From positions 620,001 through 684,000 of the forward strand of contig NW_024704770.1 of the NCBI RefSeq assembly GCF_018977255.1: 64,000 nucleotides of DNA, given 5' to 3'. The number at the start of each line of letters is the position of its first letter. The first letter of the stretch is position 1. The DNA comes from Callorhinchus milii. Taxonomy: Eukaryota. This document shows positions 49,216 to 62,800 of the stretch, piece by piece. A program made the position numbers and the translations under genes. The notes under the pieces are model-generated. The model saw only the letters and a program-made list of their open reading frames with translations, was not told where the DNA came from and did not search any database.

Positions 49216-52139
49216 CGAATACTACTGATTATTATTATGATAACCGTTGCATCTGATAGAGCACCTTATCACATCGTTGAAACATCTCAAAGTGCTTTCC
49301 AGAATGTGTGTTCAAGTGCAGTGACTGTGTATTTTTTGGGCAAAAATTAATACTGTATCTTAATATAAAATATTCAGTATTTCCTACGGTTTAGCGAAGT
49401 TCTGATCTATTGTAGATGATTGTCCTCTATTTCATATCCTCCAATCTTGATTTCATATCCCACTTGGGCATAAAGACAAGAATCTTATTGCTTCCCCAAC
49501 CGCTGTTTTTCCGGGGAAAGATTTATAAAAGACTTTCATTTTAATCTTTATTTTAATCTACATTCCTTGTTATTTTAATCTATCTTCTATTCCACCTGTT
49601 GTCAGTGTGCTTTACCTTACACCTATTTTCCTCTCTGTTCTCATGCCTTGAGGAAGCCTCTTTTGGAGACTATATCGGTGTTATGTTTGGCCACAATGTT
49701 TATTTCTGTTCTCATGGAAATCGCGTAAAATTCAGCATTTAACACACTTCCCATTCTAATCCTTCCTGTTCTCAATCTCTGTATTTACTGAAATCACAAA
49801 CTTGATTGTCCATTTCACAATGTAATGGTTGTGAATGGTTTGATGTGGTGGCTTATGCTCTCAAGCCGGGCATGAAACCGTGTCACGTTTGCAAGCGAGA
49901 GACCCGGGTTCGATTCCTGGCAGAGTGAAACCTTGGGCAAGTTTCCTTACCCCACACGCCTGATAATATGATAATAATACCTCAAAAAAATAATAAATTG
50001 GTCATTTCAATCCACGACTGTTTGTGGGCTCTGCTGTGTGCAATTGGCTGCCGTATTTCGCCCACAAATATACAGTCAATTCACTTTACACACTATTATG
50101 TGAAGCACTTTGAGAAGTTTAGAAGACATGAAAAGCGCTGTATCAAATGCAAGGATTATTATTGTTAAACCATCACTTGGGGTGAGAAGCCGGATGGCGA
50201 GGGCTGCTGGTGCAGTCGGAGCCCAGTGAAATGTAAGGACAGTAACACTCCTTCAGGACAAGGAGAGAAGAAACTGGAGGAGAAAACTGCAAAGAAAACA
50301 CGTGAAGTTTGAATCAGAAGTGGATTCAGTGCGGCTTTCCCCCAACTCCCGAATCCCTGAAGCTGTCAGTAACTGCGAGGGAGAGAGTATCAGGGAGTGT
50401 GTGTAGAGCGCCCTGACTGTCTGATGCTGATGTCCGGTTACCTCATGGATTGTTGACCAGTAAACTGACAAAAACACCTTTACCTTTTCCAAGTGGTGTT
50501 ATAGGATTTTCAAAGCCACTTGACCCGGGAGAGAGGACTCGGAACCTGTAACAACATCTACAGGAGCCGATAATTTACAGCAAATCTGTCAGAACACAAC
50601 AGAAATCTCCACATCAGGAAAGACATCAATGTCACGGCTCCTAAACAACAGGACACAGAACAGCTCCGTGTGTGGCTCCTCACAAAATACCCCGACTTTG
50701 AGGGAACCTGAAGCTCAACATCATTCCAAGTTATTTTCATTCTTGTTCTTGATGATTGTTGTTGGAGACACTTTTCTCCTGACATGAACAAGGTTTGTAT
50801 TTGCTGAATGTCAGGACAATCCTGGTGATCAGTCTCTCGGTGATGTGTGACTATTTCTAATCACATCTTGTTCTACATCAGTGTGTTTCTGGTTTATTGA
50901 GAGTTTTTCCCGCCCAGTGGTTCATATTGTTTCTTGTTCCATTGAAGGAATGGCCAAGGCGGCTGGAGCCGGCACCGGCTTCTGTGGGAATTCCCTCTAA
51001 CTCCATTTCCCAGCGTTGTCTCCATGTACCTTCATGTCCTGACTTATTAAATACCAATTCTTCCCTCTTCCCAACGTCCCAAATGGCTGTGTCTGTGGCC
51101 TCCTGAGGCTGTTGGTTCCATCCAATGTGTATCTCTACACAGTCTCATTGTGAAAATGTCATCAAGTGTTGGAGTATCTGAACAGTGGACAGTTTCTATT
51201 GTGCAGTATATCTCTGGTGTAATGTGGCAGAGACGGACAGATTAATTACCCAGAAAATAGTCTACCCTCAGCTTGTGATATGGCTTTTTATTGTCCGGTT
51301 GCCTTTGTTAACCCATTTTCTGCATTGTCTGTAATTTTCTTACATAATAAATGAATCAATAAGAGGCGATGGCTTTATTTAGCAACTTACATAAATGCTG
51401 GAAAGTTCTGTGTCTTTATATTGTTATATTGTTTTGTGTTTCTTTCTGTTACTGACAATTCAAGACGGTGAGTTTACAGGAAATGATTGTTTGCCGACGT
51501 TACAGCACAGTGGACGTTGCTGAGCAGCTCATTAGCAAAGTGCGGAACACGATGCTGTTCTGTGTGTGTGGAGTCTCCGGTTGAGCGCAGTCTGGACAGT
51601 GGCTTCACACAGGAGGAGTCCGACTGCCTTCAGGTGGGGCGGCCGCACAGAGCACAAGTGTCAGGAAGCGGCTGTGACTGTGCTCCGTCAGTCAGTGATC
51701 AGCTTCCGGCGCTCACACCCGGAGCCACAGTCTGACCTCTCGTACACTATTCCCCTTCACACCAACAGCGACAACAGCAGCAGCAGCTGTCGGGGCATCG
51801 CAAGTGGCTGCGATTGGTAAACCATTGATGGCAGAATAAAACGTAACAACAACAACTTGCACTTATACAGCGCCCTCCACGCAGGATAGCGCCTCAGAGC
51901 GCCTCTCAGTGCCGGAGCCTGACTCCGAGCCCAGGGGTGGGACGTGGCCGTAAGCACCGTTAGAAAGGAAGGCTTTCAGGCGGGACTTGAAAAAGGGGAG
52001 AGAGGGGGCGGAGGGATTGAGGGACAGTGTTCCAGGGTTTCAGGGCGTAGTGGCTGGAAGTGCGACCTCCGATGGTGGGGCAGAGGGTGTGAGGGACGAG
52101 CAGGAGACGGGGCCAGTGAGGAGCTGCATGAGGAGGCGG

Positions 52140-53316
52140 AGGGGCTGGGTGAGTAGGGGGAGGGGTTAGGTGTGGAGCGGGCGGGGCTGTGTGAGGAAGT
52201 GGTGGGGCCCGGTGAGGAGGGGGCGGTGTTGGGTGAGGAGGGAGCGGGGCTGGGTGGGGAGGGGGCGGGGCTGGGTGGGTTTGGAGGGGGCGGGGCATGG
52301 TGAGGAGCGGGATGTGCTTGGTGAGTAGGGGGAGGTGTTAGCTGTGGAGGGGCGGGACTGGGTGAGCAGGGGGAGGGGCTGGGTGAGTAGGGGGAGGGGT
52401 TAGGTGTGGAGTGGGCGGAGCTGTGTGAGGAAGGGGTGGGGCCCGGTGAGGAGGGGGCGGGGCTGGGTGAGGAGGGGGCGGGGCTGGTTGAGCAGGGGGC
52501 GGGGCTGTGTGAGGAGGGTGCGGAACTGGGTGAGGAGGGTTAGGGGCTCGGTGAGGAGGGGGCGGGGCTGGGTGAGGAGGGGGCGGGGCTGGTTGTGGAG
52601 TGGGTGGGGCTGGGTGTGGAGTGGGTGGGGCTGGGTGGGGGGGTGGGGCTGGGTGAGGAGGGGGCGGGGCTGGGTGTGGAGTGGGCGGGGCTGGTGGGGG
52701 GTGGGGCTGGGTGTGGAGGGGGCGGGGCTGGGTGTGGAGGGGGCGGGGCTGGTTTGAGGGGCGGGGCTGTGTGAGGAGGGGGCGGGACTGGGTGGGTGTG
52801 GAGGTGGAGTTGGCGGGGCGGGGTGTGGAGGGGGCGAAGCTGGTTGGTGAGGGGGTGGGGCTGAGTGAGGTGTGGGAGGGGCTGGGTGAGTAGGGGTTAG
52901 GGGTTAGGTGTGGAGGGGGCGGGGCTGGGTGAGGAGGGGGCGGGGCTGGGTGGGGAGGGGGCGGGGCTGGGTGGGGAGGGGGCGGGGCTGGGTGGGGAGG
53001 GGGCGGGGCTGGTGAGGGTGAGGAGGGGGTGTGACCAGCAGAGGGCGGTGTTGGCTGTGAATTGTTGGCTCCGCAGTGCAACACCGCCCTCTGTGGCTGA
53101 ACGCGGTATTACAGCGACAGGAGCCGTGTGGTCCTTCCTCTGCCCCTGTGATGGGCTGTGATGTCACTGAGGGTTTATTGATCTGTCACCTGTTTTTAAC
53201 ATCGGAAGCAGTTGGTGGGGGAGGAGATGGAGGACTGGACCTCAGCCGTGTGCTCTCTGACATTAAACACACAGAGACATTCCATCCTTCGATAAGAATG
53301 ACTCGGTTGCACTGAC
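52140..53316 (-). repeat. Right arm of the inverted repeat bracketing the IgM locus (longer GC-box array)
   Basis: 53316-53015 is the reverse complement of 27953-28255 with very few mismatches. Decamer at 53159-53168; 15-bp inverted pair at 53039-53053 / 53079-53093. Confidence 0.9.
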
Positions 53317-53859
53317 CTCCGGGGCCGGGGACCCACAGCCCCAACCTGCGAGATGGCCCCCCACCCGTGTTTAGGAAATTGAATCTGGGTTTAAGGGCAT
53401 CGGAATTCTGTGCTGCAGTTACAGGAGGAGACCATTCAGACCACCGAGTCTGTATATCACATTTCACTGCCTTTCTGAGCGACGGAATGACCGACCAATC
53501 GACCAAACAAGCGATGGACTGATGTACCCATAGACCAATTGATTGATTGACTTGGAAGGTATTTCCACACCAGAAAGCGATCTGCTCATTGATTGACAAT
53601 CAAGTTCCTACTTACTGCTCGATAAACAGAGGCGTGAGGGGTATGGAAATTTAGCTCAGGTTTCGCCCTGACCCGGTCTCAAACCCGGATTCTCTGGCTT
53701 GAGAGGGAATTGCACTGATCACTACGCCTCAGAACTCCACTGTGGATGTCCCTTCACTTACCGTCTCTACAACTATCATTGGGAAGAGGCTGAAGATGGC
53801 CCAATGTTTCCAACTCTTTTCAATCCTCCGCGGCTTATTTCTTCTTTAGGAAATGGCTC

Positions 53860-54360
53860 AGCTCAACCTGCTGTGAGATACAGAAAGTCATGGCAATATC
53901 TGAGGTGGGTGTGATCCTGGGCTGGGCAGGGGCTCACACCTTCCTGCAGACTGACAATGCAGTTTGACAGATGCAATGTTGTGGGTTCTGTCCTTCTTCC
54001 TCTGTCAGTGAGGATAGCGAAGGATGACTTCAAATGTTCCATTTGTGTAGTGCCTCTCACGTGAGAAGAACCTCCCAAGGTGCTGGCGGTCCAGAGATCT
54101 CGTGTGGGCAACAGGCGACACCCAAACCTTATTGCTTGGTTCTGGATGTGCTGGAGTCTCTTGACTTGGGTCTGGCTGACTGTGCACCAGGTTGTGTGGC
54201 TTTGCTCCAGTACTGGACGGATGTACACTGTGTTGTTCTTACACTGACCCCATTCTTCCTTCCACAAATGATCAGAGTTGTTTCGGCCGCACTGTTGGGC
54301 TGGACACCACGTCACCAATGTGCTTTCCTGAACCGGAGAAGACTCACAGTTCACCAATCA
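53860..54360 (-). mobile_element. Non-LTR retrotransposon RT C-terminal fragment
   Basis: YIRPVLEQSHTTW...QVKRLQHIQNQAIRF motif. Confidence 0.55.
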
Positions 54361-55629
54361 CACAATTATTGATGATCACAGATCTCTCCGTGTGGTTCGT
54401 GTCCACGAGACAATCAAACTCACACAGACAGGTGAACATTAAAGTTTCAACCTTTATGCAGCAATATGCATGATAAAGACCGGTCAAGTTACTGATCTGG
54501 ACAAAGTTGCAGGAGGTTTATTCTAAATAGGTTCTTCTTTCTGCTGGACATTTATATATGTGAACAAACAAGTTATTGCGACCTTCAAGATCATCTGGTT
54601 TGTCTCGTAGATATCGTTTCCTTGTTTTTACTCCTCACCCCTTCAAAGACCATCTTATTAAAACATTCTTTCTCCCTTATCTACAGCACTGATATAAGAA
54701 AGGGACAAAGACAGAAGTCTCTGGGAACACTCAGCAGGTCAGGCAGCATCTATGGAGAAAGGAAAGTGAGTCAACATTTCGGGATCACGACCCTTCGTCA
54801 GCACTGGGGAGCAAAGGGATGAGAACGGGACTGCAAGTCACCTACTAAAATACACAGCACCACTTCTTCACCTTACTTTTCAATTTCCATTCAATATTTG
54901 TCCTTGTTCACCCAACGCTGTGCTCACAGGACCCTGAATCCCACCCTCATCACAATCACAGTTCAGCAAATAATAATAATAATCCTTGGCCTTTGATCCA
55001 GCACCTGATCACATCTTCGAGACGTCTCAAAGCGCTTCATAGAATATAATCAAAATGGCTGAAACAAGATCAAATTAAAACAAAGTTTTAAGAAACCAAT
55101 TTAAACTGAAATTCTTATGCAAATGCTACAGCCCCACCCCAATACACTGTTTAAAACAGTGGTGTCACAACATGCAATGAGTTGTTATTCTGACAAGTGG
55201 CCCTGTAATTCCGAGCTCACACTCTACCCCAACCCTCCTCGCCCTCCACCCCTCCTGATCCCGACCACCTGCTCTTCTCGGGTGCGGATCTCTGACCGTC
55301 CAGCGCTTTGGGACGTCCTCCTGATGTGAAAGGCGCTAAGGTGCAAATGTCATTTGTTGCTGTCGATTCTATGACTTCACGATCGTCCTTCTTTGATGAT
55401 AGCGCCCGAGTGTTTGGGTGTTTTATTCCAGTTGGATACAATGGGCAATATTTGCCATTATAGAGCCACATCCCAGCACTTTATAATGAAGATTCTGCAC
55501 ATTGTCCCCATTGCAATAATTGTATTAACAAACAATTCACAATTATAACTGACTTATTGAGACCAAACTGAGCCTTTCACATCTGCGGCAACCTGAGTTT
55601 CTGGCCAGGAGGGAACAGTGGAGGGCAGG

Positions 55630-56350
55630 GGGCGATATGGCAGAAATCACGTGAAAAACAAAGTGACTATGGGAACTCTCTCCTCGCCGACCTTCCCGCC
55701 ACCTCCCTCCACAAGCTGCAGGTCATTCAGAACTCTGCAGCTCGTGTACTGTCCCGCACCAGGCTTCGGGACCGCATCACTCCCACCCTCGCTCGCCTCC
55801 ACTGGCTCCCCATCCCCCAGAGGATTGATTTCAAGATCCTCATCCTCACCTACAAGGCCATTCACGGCCTTGCTCCCTCCTACCTCTCCAACCTACTATC
55901 CCCCTACCTACCTGCCCGTACCCTCCGTTCCTCTGGCTCCGGTCTGCTCCACGTCCCCCGCCCCAACCGCCCTACCATCGGTGGTCGGGCCTTCAGCCTC
56001 TCAGCCCCGAGGCTCTGGAACTCCATCCCCCAGTGCCTTCGCCGCTTCCTCCCTTTCCTCCTTCAAGGCCGGTCTCAAAACTTTTCTCTTTGACCGTGCC
56101 TTCAGCTCCCCTCTCGACTCTCTTCCCACTCCTCGCTCCCTCCCTCCCTTCCCTCCCCTCACCCTGACCATTTCCCCCCGCCTCGCTCCCTCCCTTCCCT
56201 CCCCTCACCCTGACCATTCCCCCCTCCTCGCTCCCTCCCTCCCTCCCCTCACCCTGACCATTCCCCCCCTGCTCGGGTCATGACCCAACTGTGCAGCGCC
56301 TTGGGACGTCCTGACGTGAAAGGCGCTTTATAAATGGAATCTTGTTGTTG
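55630..56350 (+). mobile_element. L2 LINE 3' portion, relatively young
   Basis: One frame reads LQVIQNSAARV...LHWLPIPQRIDFKILILTYKAIHGLAPSYL; family tail with (ttg)n. Confidence 0.85.
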
Positions 56351-57080
56351 TTGTTGCTGTTGTGGTTAAGAGAAGATTTTGGCGGCAGAAAGATTGCGGG
56401 GAGCACAATAGTAGTCCTCCATGGACAGAATGGCTGAAAGCTCACCCACTGATGGTGGGGAGGAAGAGCCAGGGCATGAGGCGCCTGTGTTTGGGATCCG
56501 AACACCGCCTCCAGGCTGCAGGTTAGGGGCACATTCAGGTTCACTTCAGCTTTGTCAGCAATCCAATCACAAAGGAATGTCTCCATTCCAGGCAATGCTT
56601 GAAGGTGTTTCTGGGTGTTCCTGTTGCTGAGCCGGGCAGGTCCGCAGTGCTCGGGTCAGCACTGATGTCAGACCGACCTGTCTCACCTGTACTACTTGTT
56701 GGGGCTTCTGCCAAGAACCTTCAAAACTGGGATAAGCTTCAACACGGTGCCAAAACCAGAACATTCAAAAAGGAAAAAGAAATAGAGTAAAATCGACATC
56801 AAGATGGCATTTCACCCCCGTATTGGGAAGCAAAGATTTAATCAGTGTGACATTTCCACAGTGTTCATGAGCAATGTAACCTCGCACAACACTTAACAAC
56901 TGTGCCGTTTGCTGTCAAGCTGATGATAATAATAAACATAATCCTTGCATCTTGTAATGAGCATTTTGAGTAGAGAGGATGTATCAGACGTCTTGAATAC
57001 GTGCTGAGGCGCTATATCAAATGCAAGGATTATTATTATTATTATTGTTTTAACACCGGCTCTATGTGTATTTGCCATGT

Positions 57081-57979
57081 TCATGATTTGACTAATCTGA
57101 ATGTCAACGTAAAGGGATATTTCACCATATTCTTCAAATGGTCCCTGAATCTGGACTGAATTATCATGTAAATAAATGTGTTACTGCAGCAACTAAAAAG
57201 TCTCAGCATTTGACCGATCGAAGGGGGGAAAGGCAGAACGATGCCGTATGCAGCACGATATGCCATTCGATTCCTTATGGAAACCGTAATGTCCGTGATC
57301 CACAATAATACAAAAGTGCCCGATATGGTGAATAGTAAAACTATAGATTTCCGTCGGCTCTCCATCTCCGGGTCCCTGTGACTCTCCACGTTACTGTGGC
57401 CTCGCAGTTTCCTGCAAACTCGACTGGCTACAAGAATGTGCTCGACGGTCAGTGAATTGAGCAGAATGATCACCACAAATGGGATCAGTGGTGTGACGAT
57501 AGAGTGGAACAACTGAAATGCTGCCCACGCATGGGAAGTGTAAAAGCTTTGGTCAACTGAACATTCTCTCAATCCAGTGTTACTTGCAATGTGAAAGATA
57601 TTCCGAAAGTACCAGGGAATGTTCTTTACACAGCCCAGAAAACCCACCGTTGATACCACGACTGTCACTGTTCTCTCGGTGCAATATTGTGTTTTCAGTC
57701 TCTGACAACAAACTGCTACCCAGCGATCAAAGGTGAAAGCCACTGTGAGCCACACAGAGATGTCTGTGGAGGCATAAATCATGATGGTGTGGAGGCTGCA
57801 TACGGGATAGATGTACATGGTACGTGAGTAAATCGGGTAATTACTAAGAATCCATTGCAATATCACTTCAAATATAATGACCAGTAAATCGGCCACAGCC
57901 ATGGCCTCCATGTACCAAGTGATGCATCCGGAGAGACCACACTTTCCCCGAGAAAGGATTACAATGGCCATCACATTAA
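57081..57979 (-). CDS. GPCR C (GPR139/GPR142-like family) exon 2, intact
   Basis: ctttctttacag|TT. VNVMAIVILSRGKC...ADLL...FTFDRW...NIPWYF...CCSNTFIY...VKS*. Confidence 0.92.
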
Positions 57980-59487
57980 CTGTAAAGAAAGAGACAAACA
58001 GTGGCAATAACTGATGCTGATTGCATCACGGTCAGTCACCTTGAGGTATTCCAGGGTATCTGTGAACCTGACTCGGTATTTATACCAGTCTATCAGTATT
58101 TCACAGTCATGTCATTACCATCTAATTCACATGTCCAGAAAGTAGTCAATAAATCAGTTGCCCTTTGTTGTGTTTGTTAGAAAAATCTTCTGGTATATAA
58201 AGATAGGAAATGGTCGATATTTCATGAGATGAATGTTGGAATTCTCGTCACCTCCTAAGGTTTCTTTACTCCACACACCTCTGTTTATCTGGTGGAAAGT
58301 AGGAATTCTATGGATAGTGGATTAGCGGAATGCTTTCCGGATGGTAATAATCTCTTCAAAAATAAATTTGCAGTGAAGTTTGGTCATTTATTTTACCCCT
58401 GTTTGTGGGACACTGCTCTCCGTAATTGGCTGCTACACACAAAATGTAGAGTCATTAAACTGGACAGCATGTTCTGTGAAGTGCTTTGAGATGCCTCAAT
58501 GATTTGATTCGGTGCTATATCAAATGCAATAATTATTATTAATAATATTGCCTTATTACTTTGTTCAAATATCTCAAATAATATCACTTGGCTTCCCACA
58601 CAGTGAGTAATTGTAAATCTGTGGGCGAACGCATCAACTAACTTGTGCACATCTATGTCCCGAGACTCCCAGTCCCCGACCACTGTCCACCCTCTCTCGG
58701 CATTCCATCCTCTGACACATCTCTTTCATATCCCTCTGAGCTTTCTCAGCACCAAAGAAAAAAGCGCAGTCTCTCAAGCCTTTTCCTATTGCTGGATTTC
58801 CTGATTCCAAGCAATATCCTGGTGAATATCACTTGGTTCTAATCAAATAAAATATTACAAGATTTTAAACAAGGGAGAATAAATCTTTGGAAAATCTGAG
58901 AACCACTGACTGAAACACAAAACAGGTAACATTATCATTTAGAGATTGTTGGAGCAGAAAAAACATCTACATTTTAAAGCAATCGATTGTGTGCACAGCA
59001 GATGTGAAACATAAGACATATTGATGTGGGAGGAAGAAAACAGAAGTGGTCACAACATACAAGGAAACGTACAGTACAACACAGCACATCAAGACAGGTT
59101 GTGGGATTTGAAGCAGCAGTTTTTCCTGGCAAAGCTTTCAAGTTCCTTGTCCACCTCGGAGCACCCTACCTGTCAGGACTTTGGCTTGTGCATTTAACAA
59201 GAGTTGAATGAGAAGCTCCCTACCCCCATGACTGGCCCTCCAAATCCCACTGATGAGCCAGGCTGGCCTGACCTGTCTCCATCCGTGCCCTGGAGTACTG
59301 CGGGGCCACCTGGCTCAGGAACCAGACCAGACACAGAGGGTGGCTGACATACTTAGATTTCTGTGGCCAAACCCATCACCCTGGACCACTTTGACTGTGA
59401 GGACACCACGTTTATCTCCCCAACAAACCAGATACAGCAATAACAGCAGGTGAGCGAGAGAGAAAAAAAGATAAATTGATGCCTTAC

Positions 59488-59572
59488 CAATAATGCCAAC
59501 TGCTGAGAGGATAGGATAGTAGAATGTCACTATGTCTGAAACTATCATAACTAAAGCAAAGTAATTGTTCAT
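59488..59572 (-). CDS. GPCR C exon 1 (MNNYFALVMIVSDIVTFYYPILSAVGII)
   Basis: YYPIL..VG motif as in copy B exon 1; donor G|gtaagg phase 1; joined CDS is 984 nt (327 aa). Confidence 0.85.
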
Positions 59573-61009
59573 TTTCTTTCAGAGGAGCTGGTGCTGTTGA
59601 TGCTGCAGGTCAGTTCCGCACTGGAGCTCTGATTTGCTGACACAGCACAGCCTTCATATGTATAGAGGGTAAATTTCCCATGAGAGAACAACATTACACA
59701 ATCTCTGAGATTAGTTCAGTGTTGTACACAATGATTGTGAGAGAGAACAGCACTGCAACATGTTTAAACATTTCACATGTCCATCAGACTGTCAGCCCAA
59801 CCTTAAGTCAACACTTCAAACTCACAGCATTTCTGCCCTTCTGAACTCTCTGGAGATTAATTTACATTGTCCATGATGTCTGTCTGTTAACAGCAAGCAT
59901 TTCCATAAAGCAGATTATTCCGAGGGTTTTGAAGCCGATCTCAGGTGCACACCACACTCACACATGTCATCATTTCCCTGTGGGATTTACGCTTTTCAAT
60001 CCAGTTGGGAATTTGCAATGACTATCGTGGGAGCATAAGGCCACACTCTTACTGTTCCCACTTTTACTCTGTTTGAAATGAGATCTCCAGGTACTGAGGA
60101 TTATTCCAATCATTGCATTTTGAGAGAGCACCTTTCCCATCGGGAGGATGTCTCAGAGCGATACTGTAAAGCATAGGTACTCTATTTTGCAAGTGAGCAC
60201 AGCAGCCAATTTACTTCAAACACTTTTCCAAATAGAGCGCTGCATGTTGGAAAACCCTCTGTGTAAACAATTCTATTGTTTTTATGTGTGCAGTTGGTAT
60301 TTGTGTGATGGCCTGGTTTGGTTGGTAGTGGCCGTACCTCTGAGTAAAATGGTTGTGGATTAAAGCCCACATTGGGGGCTTGGACTCACACGATCTCACC
60401 AGACACTGCAAAAGATCATTAAATCCTTTGGGCACCATGTCACACTTAAACCTCTCAGAAAGTTCTGACTTATTTCCTGGAGAACTCCGGTACAAAATCA
60501 AACACCTCATTGGAGGTTAAACCTTTTTTGTTGGCGACGTAAAACTTAATAGTTAGGGACTTTTACTGTGTAATTTGCAAATCATATAAATTCAAGCTAG
60601 ACTATAAACCAAAGGCCCTTTAATATGCAACAACAACAACAACATTACATTTGTATGGAGCCTTTCATGATAGGAGGACATCCCAAGGCACTGGACAGAC
60701 AGAGTTACGGACCCGAGCTTGAATTGATGCAATTTTGGATGCCAGAACGTATGAAATTTGAATGAAAGCGCGTGATTCATGCTATCATTCAAATCACAGC
60801 TCAGCCCCACCCAGCACATCGGCTCTAAACGCGTCTGAAAAAAGATTGATACGATCTCCGCTCCGTGTAGACAAGGCAGATGGAGAATGTTTGGCGGCTG
60901 GAGGATATTATCCCAGGGCCCGACACAGCCCTGTGGGCACCCAGTTGGACCACCCTATATTTATTGGTAACGTTTCAAAAGGATTGGAAGAACAGAGAGG
61001 CGCAGTGTG

Positions 61010-61270
61010 TCGGCCTGGCTCAGTTGGTAGGGCTCTCAGCTTTCAATCCAGAGGTGGTGGGTTGGAGTCCCATTTTTGGAATTGGAACTCATATTGTCTA
61101 ACATGACAGCGCAGCACTGGGAGTTGTTGCATTGTCGGAGGTGCCGTCCATCAGTTGAGATGTTAAAGGACTCCCCTTTTGACTGTTCAGGTGGTTGTAA
61201 AGATCTCATGGCAATGTTCGAAAAGAGAAGGGATTTTCTCCGTGCCAGTCTCCTGGCCAACAATCCTCCA
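61010..61270 (+). mobile_element. Deu-domain tRNA SINE, older copy
   Basis: ggctcagttggtag head plus gtcggaggtgccgtcc...gagatgttaaa. Confidence 0.6.
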
Positions 61271-61769
61271 AATTAAGTTGGTCACTCACCCCACGGTGGT
61301 CACTCACATTAATAATAACACTATTAATAATAAACCTTGAATTTGATATAGAACCTCATTATGTCATTAAGACATCTACATCTCACAGGATCTACTGTAA
61401 AGTGGTTTGACTGTATTTTGTGGGTGAAACATAGCAGCCAGTTTGCACACAGCAATACCCCACAAATGGCCTTGGGGTGAATGAGCAATATAATTTGGGG
61501 AATTGTTCACCAGAAACCGGGAGAAACTTCCACCTCTTTTTGAACAATGCCATGAGCTCCTTAATGTCCACCTGAAATACTTCAAATGATCATTATTTTA
61601 GACCAGAAACAATCACTTTGAACTTTAAAAAGAGGCAGTTTGTAGTTCATTGTATTTTTCTGCAGATTCTATGTGTGATTTCGTTAGTTATGAGACACAA
61701 TATATTTCAAAGGTTTCAGATTGCTCTCTTTTCCAAGTTATCAATAGCTTTGTCAAAGGGGTGGGGTGG

Positions 61770-62800
61770 GGGGTGGTGTGAGGTGCCTATAAACATGGTC
61801 GAAGAGAAACGTTTTCAGCAGGACAGGAAAAAGGGGAGCGAGGGGACAAGGCGGGGGATTGAGGGAGTGTGTTCCAGCGTTTTCAACGTAGTGGCTGAAA
61901 GCGCAACCTCCGATGGTTGGGCGGAGGGTGCGAGGGATGAGCAGGAGCCGGGGCCAGTCGAGCGGAGGTGTCAGGCGGTGGATTGGGGAGTGAGAAGGCA
62001 GGAGAGGTTGGGAGGTGCCAGAGAGTGAAGGGATTTGAACACGAGTGTGAGAATCTTGCAGTCAATGTGTTGGGTGATGGGGAGCCAGAGGAGCCTGGGC
62101 CAGAGCTGGTGAGGTGTGGGGACGGAGTTTGGTCGGCTCAGGATGTGGGCGGCAGAGTCTGAATGAGCTGATCTTGTGAATAGTGGAGCTGGGGAGACCC
62201 GTGAGGAGTGCATTTGAATAGTCCAGGTACGAGGTGACAAACACATGGACGAGGGTTTCAGCTGGATTTGGGGTAATGGTTGGAGAGTGTCTTCTATCTT
62301 GTCCACATTCAGCTGCAGGAAGTTTGCACTCATCCAGGCACTGATATCTGCCAGACAAACTGATAGACCATCGGGGACCTGGAGTTGGTGCTGGAGGAGG
62401 CAAAGTAGATTTGTGTGTCATCCACATACATGTGGAAGTATACTGGTGTCTGGGGATGACATTGCCCAGAGGGAGCATATAGATAAGGAAAAGAAGAGGC
62501 CAAGGATGGAGCGCTGGGGTACCCGCAGGTGCCTTGCGGGGGCAGGGGCATGTGAGTGCGGTCCGACTAACGATGGTGAGGGAGGAGCGGTGGTGGAGGA
62601 GGACGGCCTAGTCGACTGTGTTAAACACGGTAGAGAGATCCCAGTGATCGTCGAGGCAGAGGAAGCCCTGGTCACAGATAGAGAGGATGCTGTTTGTAAC
62701 TTTGACAAGTGCTGCTGTGCGCTGTGGGCAGTCCGGGCAAAAACCAGACTGTAGGGGCTCGAGGAGGGAATGGAGGGAGAAGTGGCTTCTGGGTCCATTG
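61770..62800 (-). mobile_element. L2 LINE RT region, decayed
   Basis: Fragments LEPLQSGF, VPQRSILG, FHMYVDDTQIY, SYLDYSNALL. Confidence 0.85.

Noticed and set aside
50442-50545. Two exon-like segments upstream of VH on the minus strand
   Set aside because: The implied intron between them is only 19 nt and no coherent protein results.
51770-51810. Signal-peptide-like MPRQLLLLLSLLV on the minus strand
   Set aside because: An in-frame stop follows at once, it derives from a (ctg)n run, and no V exon lies downstream.
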